Shown in pieces: positions 47,316-55,549 of a stretch of 64,000 nucleotides of DNA. Position 1 is the first letter of the stretch, and every line of letters begins with the position of its first letter. A program made the translations under genes and the position numbers. Location: positions 1-64,000 of IMG/VR virus record IMGVR_UViG_3300001528_000699; one strand, given 5' to 3'. The DNA comes from a virus. Its lineage: Duplodnaviria; Caudoviricetes. The notes under the pieces are model-generated. The model saw nothing but the letters and a program-made list of their open reading frames with translations. It did not search any database and was not told where the DNA came from.

Positions 47316-49049
47316 ATGAGTAGAAAGGTAAGAAATAACAATTCGGCGAGGGAACAATCCACGGGTTACGACAAGGTGATAAAGAGCATCGCCTCCATGT
47401 CATTCTCGGAGCTCAACTCGCTAGGCGAGGCTATCCCTACCATCTTGAACTCGAAATTACAGGCTTCACTCGCATCGGATGACGTGGAGAAGGCGATAGA
47501 GGCTGGGCTGTACGTGGAGAAACAACGTATCAGATCCACCGAGCAGAACAAATCCATTTTCTTCCTACCCGATAGCATCGCTTATTCGGGGCGTGGGTAC
47601 AAGGAAACTCTGAGCAGGATATCGTTTCAGACCCTTCAGAGGATGGGTAACCTCTATTGCGTGAAAAATGTCATATCAACCCGCATCGAGCAGATAACTC
47701 GTTTCCTGAAATTTTCTAACGATGAACAGAAGGAAGGGTTCACCATTCGAAAGAAGAAATCCTTGTTCGATTCGGGAGAGGATCGAGGGAAAATGACCAA
47801 AGGCGAGAGAAAAAGGGTAGAGAGAATAGTTAACTTCCTAGAGAACGGGGGAGAGACGGATAAGTGGGAGATGGCGGATTCCTTCGTTACCTTCGTGAGA
47901 AAGATCATGCAGGATTCACTCTCCATCGATCAGCTCGCTTTCGAGATAACCAGAACGAGGGGTCAGGAGCTTCATCAATTCAAAGCGATAGACGGGAGCA
48001 TGATACGGTTCCTCGATACCATCGACCCTAATTACGCTTCGCAATTCGAGAGGTACAGGTATAAAGGTTATCTCCCCAAATACTGTCAAGTTTTCGACCA
48101 GCAAATCGTTTTCAACAAGCAACTCGGTACTTACGTGATGTACTATCCGTGGGAGCTTGGGTTCGGGGTGAGAAACGTTGGAACGGATATTTGGCAGAAC
48201 GGGTACGGGAGAAGCGAGCTTGAATCATTGATAGAGATAATTACCTATATCCTTAACGGGGTACAGTATAACGGTAACTTCTTCAAGAACGGGTCAAACC
48301 CGAAAGGGTTCGTTAATATAAAAAACATGAATACGAACTCGACGGCGTTAAACGATTTCAAACAGAAGTGGAGACAGATGCTTACGGGTACTGAAAACGC
48401 TTGGAAATTGCCTGTTTTCTCAGGGTTGGACGTGGAGTGGATTCCGATTGGTGTCAATAACAAGGACATGGAGTTTGATAACTGGACCAAGTTCTTGATA
48501 GTTCTCCTATGCTCCGTTTACCGGATAGACCCGAGCGAGCTGGGATTCCAGTTCAAGGAAGCAGCTAACGTGTTCGGGCAGGACGGTCAGAAAGCTCGGT
48601 TGGATCACAGCCGCCAGAAAGGTTTGTACCCACTCCTAATATTCCTTCAGGATATCATTAACAAGTTTATCGTGTCCGAGCTCGACGAGGAGATGGAGTT
48701 CGCGTTTACTGGGATAGAGGTGGAGGACGAGGAGAAACAGGTTAAACTTGACGCTGATAAACTTTCAGCCGGTATGGTATCCATGCAAGACATGTTCAGA
48801 AAATACTCGGGGAGGGAGTTCGATGAGAACAAGGACATAATCCTCAACCAGGTGTACCAAACCCAGAAGCAAATGTCGATGTACGGTGGCGAGGGGATGA
48901 ACCAGGTTGTTGACGAGCAAACGGGCGAACCTGAAGCGGGAGTTCCGAATCCCTTCGAGGAGATGGAGAGGAGCATGACCTCTAACCCTATTTTCGAGAA
49001 GGCTTGCGAGTTCATAGATAAAAGTTTCAACGATGACAACGAGGGATAG
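47316..49049 (+). CDS. Portal protein
   Basis: GYGRSELE, YNGNFFKNGSNPKG, WKLPV, DMEF..W, YRIDPSELG, GLYPLL. Confidence 0.88.
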   Translation: MSRKVRNNNSAREQSTGYDKVIKSIASMSFSELNSLGEAIPTILNSKLQASLASDDVEKAIEAGLYVEKQRIRSTEQNKSIFFLPDSIAYSGRGYKETLSRISFQTLQRMGNLYCVKNVISTRIEQITRFLKFSNDEQKEGFTIRKKKSLFDSGEDRGKMTKGERKRVERIVNFLENGGETDKWEMADSFVTFVRKIMQDSLSIDQLAFEITRTRGQELHQFKAIDGSMIRFLDTIDPNYASQFERYRYKGYLPKYCQVFDQQIVFNKQLGTYVMYYPWELGFGVRNVGTDIWQNGYGRSELESLIEIITYILNGVQYNGNFFKNGSNPKGFVNIKNMNTNSTALNDFKQKWRQMLTGTENAWKLPVFSGLDVEWIPIGVNNKDMEFDNWTKFLIVLLCSVYRIDPSELGFQFKEAANVFGQDGQKARLDHSRQKGLYPLLIFLQDIINKFIVSELDEEMEFAFTGIEVEDEEKQVKLDADKLSAGMVSMQDMFRKYSGREFDENKDIILNQVYQTQKQMSMYGGEGMNQVVDEQTGEPEAGVPNPFEEMERSMTSNPIFEKACEFIDKSFNDDNEG

Positions 49050-49371
49050 AAATTACAAGGGGTTGATCATCGTGCTGGCGTTCTTGTTAGCGGCGTTGTT
49101 CATATACGTTAACAGACCGGAGGTTATCGAGGACAAGAAGGAGAGGGATGAAAGGGATAAGAAAGTCATCGATTCGCTTGGTAAGGTTAACGAGGAATTG
49201 TTGAAACTTATCGAGGATCAAAGAAGGCGAGAGGATGAAGCCCATGAGAAGTTCAAGAAGGAAACCGAGAAAATGAAAAAGGAGTATGATAAGAAAATTC
49301 GTGATCTCAGCGATCTTAGCTCTGACGAGCACGTTCGCTTTCTCGCAAGAGAGTTATCCGAGAAAGATTAA
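49033..49371 (+). CDS. i-spanin-like protein
   Basis: N-terminal TM plus coiled coil; overlaps the next gene in another frame. Confidence 0.5.
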   Translation: MTTRDRNYKGLIIVLAFLLAALFIYVNRPEVIEDKKERDERDKKVIDSLGKVNEELLKLIEDQRRREDEAHEKFKKETEKMKKEYDKKIRDLSDLSSDEHVRFLARELSEKD

Positions 49372-49705
49372 GCTGGATGGTGATACTTGCGTGGTGATAT
49401 CTGTTCCGCAGCTAAAAGCGATAAACTCACGGTTAGTTGAGAGACGGTATCTGAAAGCGGCGATCGATAGCTTGAGCGTTTACACCTCTAATCTGAATTC
49501 TTTTATCGAGGAGAAGAACAAGCAGATAGATAGTTTGGCCGTTTTGGCTTCGAATTATCGGTTTAGACTGCAAAACGAGATGGTTTTGAATTCTAAATAC
49601 AGGGAAAAAAATATCGAGCTTAAAACAAATATAAAACGGAAAAAACGAAATTTTTGGATCGCGATCGGATTAGGGTTTTTTACCGGTTTTTTACTGGCGA
49701 GATAG
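49286..49705 (+). CDS. Secreted coiled-coil protein with C-terminal TM, spanin partner candidate
   Basis: Sec signal AFS|Q, coiled coil, FWIAIGLGFFTGFLLAR. Confidence 0.5.
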   Translation: MIRKFVISAILALTSTFAFSQESYPRKIKLDGDTCVVISVPQLKAINSRLVERRYLKAAIDSLSVYTSNLNSFIEEKNKQIDSLAVLASNYRFRLQNEMVLNSKYREKNIELKTNIKRKKRNFWIAIGLGFFTGFLLAR

Positions 49706-49763
49706 TTGGAAAGAATAAACAAAGTTTATATTTTTAGATCAGAAAAATAAAATAAAAATTGTT

Positions 49764-50243
49764 ATGGGATTTATAGAAGAACAAATACAGAAAAATATAG
49801 CGAATCGAGTTGCTATTGAGAAAGCGACGGGTAAAGAATTTACCGAATCCGATTGCTTGGATTTATTGGAGAAAGCTGGAAAAGCTGCTCAAATGGGTGA
49901 GGTTCGTACATGGAACGGAAAAGAATACATCAAGACACCAAAGGGATGGAGACCGAAACCGAAAGGTTACAAGGAAGGTGAGAAGAAACAGGAAGTTACC
50001 GAAGCTGGAAACCCGGTTGGAAAACCTGAATCAGTGACATCTAAAAAAGTGACTGATGGATTTAAGGTTGGTGATCGAGTTATGTATCAAGGTAAGCTCA
50101 TGGAATTGACTCGTATTAGCAAGGATGGTCGGTTCCAAAATGGTATCGAGATGAAATTCGTGAATGAAGGTGATTCAACACCAACCGGTAGTAAAACATT
50201 ACAGGGTAATATGATGTACGCTAAACCTGTCAAGGAAAAATAA
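49764..50243 (+). CDS. Tagged putative internal head protein with SH3/KOW-like cargo
   Basis: LLEKA-GKAAQMGEVRTWNGKEYIKTPKGWRP tag; FKVGDRVMYQG. Confidence 0.65.
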   Translation: MGFIEEQIQKNIANRVAIEKATGKEFTESDCLDLLEKAGKAAQMGEVRTWNGKEYIKTPKGWRPKPKGYKEGEKKQEVTEAGNPVGKPESVTSKKVTDGFKVGDRVMYQGKLMELTRISKDGRFQNGIEMKFVNEGDSTPTGSKTLQGNMMYAKPVKEK

Positions 50244-50252
50244 TTATATATT

Positions 50253-50456
50253 ATGAATAAGAAAATATCCGGTATAGATATTAAGACTGTTAGACCGGTC
50301 GTTAAAAAGGAAAAGGCGGGGGTTAAAGACCCCGTCCGCTTTCCTGATGTCATAAACGGGTACGAGAACGAGAGCAAGAGGCTGTTCAACGAGGAGTTGA
50401 ACCTTCTGTTCGCTGACGTGGTGAAAAAGATGGTTGGTATTATAAAGGATAAGTGA
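50253..50456 (+). CDS. Hypothetical protein
   Basis: ORF in head operon. Confidence 0.6.
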   Translation: MNKKISGIDIKTVRPVVKKEKAGVKDPVRFPDVINGYENESKRLFNEELNLLFADVVKKMVGIIKDK

Positions 50457-51031
50457 TGGAAAATCTTGATATAAAAGCGTTGGATGTTATCGAGAAATCC
50501 GGTAAACCGGCGCAGATAGGTGAAATCCGTGTTTGGAACGGAAAGCGGTATCACAAAACCCCTAAAGGCTGGCGACCGGTTCCAAAAGGTTATCGTGAAA
50601 ACAAGCAAGATCCGGCGAAGATCAAATATCAAAACAAAGACGAAAGCTATAAACCGAAAGCCACCCATATCTGGGTCGATGGATTGAAGGATAATAGAGA
50701 GAAAGCCCTTCGCGTTATGCAAGCGATGAAGGATATTCAAGGTGGTTACGCTCAAGGAACTTTAACCAATCCATCTGAACTCGCTAGCTCTTATGTTAAG
50801 AAAAACGATGGAGGAAGATGGATAAGTGATAATAACGGTGATAAAACGTTAATACAAGCTGTTCTCACTGGCGATGAGGTTGATTATAACGATGGATGGT
50901 ATATCGTTGAAACGGACGGCGATGTTTTATACGTTGATGTGACCGGACAAGCTATGAATGAGAACCCGGATGATTACAAGAATATGGAATACGTTACCAG
51001 TGAGGGATTGGAGTCCGGGAAAGAAGAATAA
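50453..51031 (+). CDS. Tagged putative internal head protein; cargo homologous to 27694..28089
   Basis: VIEKS-GKPAQIGEIRVWNGKRYHKTPKGWRP tag plus shared domain. Confidence 0.75.
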   Translation: MMENLDIKALDVIEKSGKPAQIGEIRVWNGKRYHKTPKGWRPVPKGYRENKQDPAKIKYQNKDESYKPKATHIWVDGLKDNREKALRVMQAMKDIQGGYAQGTLTNPSELASSYVKKNDGGRWISDNNGDKTLIQAVLTGDEVDYNDGWYIVETDGDVLYVDVTGQAMNENPDDYKNMEYVTSEGLESGKEE

Positions 51032-51042
51032 AATAATTAATC

Positions 51043-53079
51043 ATGTTATTCAACAACGAGCAAATACAGGATATACTTGAATTGGTGGATTTCAGGTTCG
51101 CTGATCTGGTGTGGAAGATATTCGGACCATCTCATTTAACCTCGCAGGACAAGGAGAAGTTGAGAAAGTTCGGGGTGAACCCGTCATCGCTCGTTAAAAA
51201 AATACCGCCCTATTGGGCTAACTGGATGTTTGGCCTTCTATCAGGAAAATTGAATGATTACCAAACCAAGCAAATAACGTACAAGGATCTTCTCGAATAT
51301 CTCGGAAGAAGGCAATACGAGACACCATCTAAAAGGGAGATAGAATCGTACGAGGTGGCCTGCAATCGCACGTACGGTTATTTGAAAGGGTTGGGTGATA
51401 AGATGAAGAAGGATATAACGAGTTACATATCTGATACCGAACTTCAAACTAGGATGGAGCAGGATCGTGTCATAAAGGAGGGGATAAAAAGAGGTATCTT
51501 GGAAAGGGATACGACAAAACTCATAGCTTCTAAAATAAGTAACCAGTTGGATGACTGGTCAAGGGATTGGAACAGGATAGTGGAGACGGAGTATCAGGGC
51601 GTTTTTAACATGGGTAGGGTACAATCCTACATGAGAGAAGGAGACGGAGAGAATACGCTAATTTATTTCGACGTGTTTCCTGGCGCATGTTTTCCAACCT
51701 CTGATACAGAATTTTTAACGGATGAGGGGTTTAAATTGTTAAAAGATATTAGGGGGGATGAAAAAGTTGCGTCATTTAATATTGAAACGAATACCTTGGA
51801 ATATACTGAAATTGAAAGTAAAATTCAATATTGGTATGAGGGCGTGATGAATGAATATAAGCATCATTCCCTTGATATGATCTGCACCCCTAATCATAAA
51901 CAATTAATTGGGATAGATTACCACCCCAAAGAAGGTGTTTACACAAAAAATCAATTAATTGATAGTTCGGAAGTTCCTTCCTTAACAAAACGGGCATATA
52001 TGTATTATACCGTTGATAATTGGGTTGGGCATGATGATGAAAAAATTGAAATTGCAGGGAAAAGGTTTGATACAAAGCCTTTTGTGAAAATGATGGGTTG
52101 GTATTTATCGGAAGGTTCAGTGGTTCCAAGAAAAAGTGACAAGAATGGTCATTATAATTCAACTCAGTTATGCATTTCGCAATCAAAAGTTAGTAATTTT
52201 GATGAAATCAAGGATTGCCTAGATAAAACATTTTGCCAAAAAGTGTATTACAGTTCGTCTCGGAATAATATTGATGGTCATTTTGTCGTATTGTTGGATA
52301 AATCCTATGATCCGTTCGTTAAGTGGTTAAAATCATTAGGTGATAGAGCGCATACGAAAACAATTCCAAAAGAAATAAAATTATTATCGAAAAAATATCT
52401 TTTTGAATTTCTGCTATCTTATTGGAAAGGAGATGGTTTCGGTAGGGGTGGGACTTTTATGGATGGAAATCGTCATATTGTTACGTCATCAAAGCAAATG
52501 GCGGATGATTTATCGGAGATAATTTTAAAGTGTGGTTACCGACCTTCATTAAAAATTATCGATAAGAGGGGTGTAACAACATTTTCAAAGAAAAGAAATA
52601 AGTCGTTTACCACCAGGCACCTGATTTATAAAGTGGGTATTTTGATAAGTAAACATTTTAATTCAATATATAAACATTTTAATGTGATTGATAATTGGAA
52701 AGGCGAGGTTGGTTGTTTGCAATTAAAAAAGAATTCGACATTATATATAAGGAGAAGTGGCCAATCAATTTGGAGCGGGAATTGTAGGCATTGTATAAGG
52801 TTATACTTAACCGGTGGAATAGGTAGCGAACCTAAATTGTTCACTATCAAGGAATTGATGGGAAACGGAACTAATATAGGTAGAAAGGTAAATGATTGGA
52901 AACCAACGGTTATAACCAGTATTCACCCCTTCTGTAGGTGCTTGGCTCGCAGGTATATGAAAGGCGATGTCTGGGACAAGGAAACGAGATCATTCAAGCA
53001 ACCTGAACATTACGAGAGAAAGGTGGCACCTAAAGTGAAAGTCAGAATACAGGTAGGTGATAAAGTTTTCAACGTTTAA
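51043..53079 (+). CDS. Head morphogenesis protein (MuF/SPP1 gp7-like), intein-interrupted
   Basis: RDWNRIVETE, GA|intein|CRHCIRLY, HPFCRC. Confidence 0.8.
   Translation: MLFNNEQIQDILELVDFRFADLVWKIFGPSHLTSQDKEKLRKFGVNPSSLVKKIPPYWANWMFGLLSGKLNDYQTKQITYKDLLEYLGRRQYETPSKREIESYEVACNRTYGYLKGLGDKMKKDITSYISDTELQTRMEQDRVIKEGIKRGILERDTTKLIASKISNQLDDWSRDWNRIVETEYQGVFNMGRVQSYMREGDGENTLIYFDVFPGACFPTSDTEFLTDEGFKLLKDIRGDEKVASFNIETNTLEYTEIESKIQYWYEGVMNEYKHHSLDMICTPNHKQLIGIDYHPKEGVYTKNQLIDSSEVPSLTKRAYMYYTVDNWVGHDDEKIEIAGKRFDTKPFVKMMGWYLSEGSVVPRKSDKNGHYNSTQLCISQSKVSNFDEIKDCLDKTFCQKVYYSSSRNNIDGHFVVLLDKSYDPFVKWLKSLGDRAHTKTIPKEIKLLSKKYLFEFLLSYWKGDGFGRGGTFMDGNRHIVTSSKQMADDLSEIILKCGYRPSLKIIDKRGVTTFSKKRNKSFTTRHLIYKVGILISKHFNSIYKHFNVIDNWKGEVGCLQLKKNSTLYIRRSGQSIWSGNCRHCIRLYLTGGIGSEPKLFTIKELMGNGTNIGRKVNDWKPTVITSIHPFCRCLARRYMKGDVWDKETRSFKQPEHYERKVAPKVKVRIQVGDKVFNV
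51688..52782 (+). mobile_element. Intein with LAGLIDADG endonuclease (365 aa)
   Basis: CFPTSDTEFLT, CTPNH, GWYLSEGS, SYWKGDG, ends WSGN followed by +1 Cys; AT-richer than flanks. Confidence 0.9.
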
Positions 53080-53141
53080 AATTGTTTAAACCGAAATAAA
53101 GACTTATTTTTATCCGAAATTAGTGATAAAATAGAAATATA

Positions 53142-53777
53142 ATGGAAGAAACAAGTACTCTCGTGAAGTTGATAGCTGATAACGGTATAACGGTCGTGCT
53201 AAGTGCTGTCACGATAATCATATTCTTGAACGTTTTCCGGAAAGCTACTAGAAACTGGGAGAGGATGGAAAAGAAGAATGATCACCTCATCGACTTGATA
53301 GTGGCGAAAGGAACTGCCGGTGATTACATGGAGAAACAGATCGAGATAAATAACAACATGCTTTCCATATTGAAAGAGATAAGGGAGGGTGCGACGAAAG
53401 AATGCACGATAGAGCAAGTCAAAACAACCACTAACGCTCTTTTCGATCTCGCCAAGTTCACCATGTTCGAGGAGGTGAAACGGATAAAAAAGGAGAATCA
53501 TCTAAATAACGAGGCGGCTATCGAAACGAAAGTGAAAACGATCGTTCATCAAAGAATAAATGACAGGAAAAGCAAACTGTACAATTACAACTGGAAGGGA
53601 AAGCCTTTAAGCGAGTTTAACTCCGTTTCGAAGGATGATATAGTCGATATAATGATAGGGGAGCTCTACGCGCCTGACGATTTCTCGGAAGAGAGGGTGA
53701 AAAGGAATATGGAGCTTTTCTATGATAACATGAAACTTGATTTGTTCAATGAAATTGTGGCGTATAATAATTTATAG
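53142..53777 (+). CDS. Single-TM membrane protein, holin-like candidate
   Basis: N-terminal TM (GITVVLSAVTIIIFL) plus soluble domain. Confidence 0.45.
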   Translation: MEETSTLVKLIADNGITVVLSAVTIIIFLNVFRKATRNWERMEKKNDHLIDLIVAKGTAGDYMEKQIEINNNMLSILKEIREGATKECTIEQVKTTTNALFDLAKFTMFEEVKRIKKENHLNNEAAIETKVKTIVHQRINDRKSKLYNYNWKGKPLSEFNSVSKDDIVDIMIGELYAPDDFSEERVKRNMELFYDNMKLDLFNEIVAYNNL

Positions 53778-53778
53778 T

Positions 53779-55506
53779 ATGAACTGGTTGAAAAAGATAC
53801 TTGGAATGACGGCGTGTAGCAAGGAGGAGAAGGTAGCCCGCTACATGGAATTGTTGAAAAGCATGGATGTTATCGAATCGGAAGCTGACGAGCTGGCCGA
53901 TTCTTTCCGTTTAAACAAATCGATGGTTGATAACGTGAAGGGTTGTGACATGGAAGAGATGGATAAGAGATTGGAAAGATTTGATGAGTTCATGCTGTGT
54001 CATAAGAAGGATGTTCACGAGCTACTGAAGGCGAAGATGGAAGTGGAGGATGAGATGAAGAAATTGAAGGAAGACCCCTCTATCTCTAAAGATATCAATG
54101 ACATCGATACTTATTTTAAAGCCAAGAAAGAATACAAGGCACGGAAATCAACGTTGAAAGAATTTAACGGTTCGATCAGGAAAGCGAAAGAAGGTCCTGT
54201 CAAGTACTCGGATGCCTTGGTGTTCGATTGTAACGGGAAATTGTTGATCCTTCACAGGATACAGGATGGCAAGCATTGCGAGGGAGGTGAATGGTGCATC
54301 CCCGGTGGTCACGTTGATCCGGGTGAGAACCATCGTGAAGCGGTAGAGAGGGAATTGAAAGAAGAAACCGGGTTGAAATTGAGAATGGAACCTGATCCGG
54401 CTGGATTCTATAACGACGATGAAGCGGATATTCATTATTACCGTGCCTTCACTGAAGAGAGTGAACCCTCTATCCTGGTTGATAGCACGGAGCATGATGG
54501 CGTGGAATGGATAGATTTGAGAGATATAGACAAGTACGATTTCATATTCAACATGAAAGATAACCTTAAAAAATTACTCGGCATGGAAGAGAAAGAAGAG
54601 AAAGGACCGGATACCATAGAGATACTCGCTAAAGCGTTAAAATCCGGTCAGATAACACCGGCTGTTTTCAGGGAAGCGGTCGAGAAAGCTAAAAATAAAA
54701 CTTATTTCTCGGAGAAGGAACGTGGAAAACTCGCTAAAGAAGGCGAAGCGATGCCTAACGGGAAATATCCAATAAGAAACGCTCAAGATTTGAAGGATGC
54801 CATTAAACTGGTTGGGGCGTCATCCATGCCGGAAGGTGAGGTAAAATCGTGGATCAAGAAAAGAGCGAAAGAGTTGAACCTTGAAAACGAGCTACCAGAA
54901 GATTGGAGGGATGTCGAGAAAGCGGTGGGAACGGAACAGGCGGAAACTATCGCGAGAGAATCGCTAGACGGTGAAATGAAGGATGATCGGGTTGAGAAAT
55001 CGTCCTTCTCTATTCGCGTTGATTTCGATGACTTGGAGAAAGCCGATCTTTTCAAATCCATGGTGGAGAAATATAAATCGGAGGGTGATCTCGGTATAAC
55101 GAGTGTTGACGTGATCGATATTGATGAAAACGAGGATAAAGAAATTTTCCGGGATTACCTGAACTTCATCGAGGGTGCTAAAACGAGAATCAAGAACCTG
55201 CACTGGACGGAAGAGGATAACGCCAAGCACGTTTACCTAGATGAATTATCTGAAGAGGTGTCAAAATTCGAGGATAAGATAGCGGAAGCGGGTCAAGCGA
55301 ATTTCGGTCGGTTCAAGGATGGTGAGATAGTGGGTGATGATATCCAAACGAGCGATCCTATCATGATCGTTGACCTTTTACTTGATATGACGAGCTCTTT
55401 CCGGTCCAAGTTGAATGAAAGACTCGTTTATAACGGTGAGATTTCATGGGTGGATGATTTCCTCGCCACTTTAAAGCAGATCAAATATCGTTTGCAATTA
55501 CATTAA
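53779..55506 (+). CDS. Multidomain head-associated protein: coiled coil, NUDIX, DUF6582-like and ferritin/Dps-like
   Basis: Nudix box GGHVDPGENHREAVERELKEETG; AMPNGKYPIRN..DL..AI; NLHW...HVYLDEL...DKIAE. Confidence 0.75.
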   Translation: MNWLKKILGMTACSKEEKVARYMELLKSMDVIESEADELADSFRLNKSMVDNVKGCDMEEMDKRLERFDEFMLCHKKDVHELLKAKMEVEDEMKKLKEDPSISKDINDIDTYFKAKKEYKARKSTLKEFNGSIRKAKEGPVKYSDALVFDCNGKLLILHRIQDGKHCEGGEWCIPGGHVDPGENHREAVERELKEETGLKLRMEPDPAGFYNDDEADIHYYRAFTEESEPSILVDSTEHDGVEWIDLRDIDKYDFIFNMKDNLKKLLGMEEKEEKGPDTIEILAKALKSGQITPAVFREAVEKAKNKTYFSEKERGKLAKEGEAMPNGKYPIRNAQDLKDAIKLVGASSMPEGEVKSWIKKRAKELNLENELPEDWRDVEKAVGTEQAETIARESLDGEMKDDRVEKSSFSIRVDFDDLEKADLFKSMVEKYKSEGDLGITSVDVIDIDENEDKEIFRDYLNFIEGAKTRIKNLHWTEEDNAKHVYLDELSEEVSKFEDKIAEAGQANFGRFKDGEIVGDDIQTSDPIMIVDLLLDMTSSFRSKLNERLVYNGEISWVDDFLATLKQIKYRLQLH

Positions 55507-55511
55507 AAATA

Positions 55512-55541
55512 ACGGGTCTTAACAGGACCCGTCCTTATATT
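55512..55541 (+). terminator. Hairpin, possible terminator
   Basis: ACGGGTC/GACCCGT stem, weak T tail. Confidence 0.4.
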
Positions 55542-55549
55542 TCATAACC

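Noticed and set aside
50087-50755. 222 aa minus-strand ORF (and other antisense ORFs in the track)
   Set aside because: Shadows of well-supported plus-strand genes; no motifs
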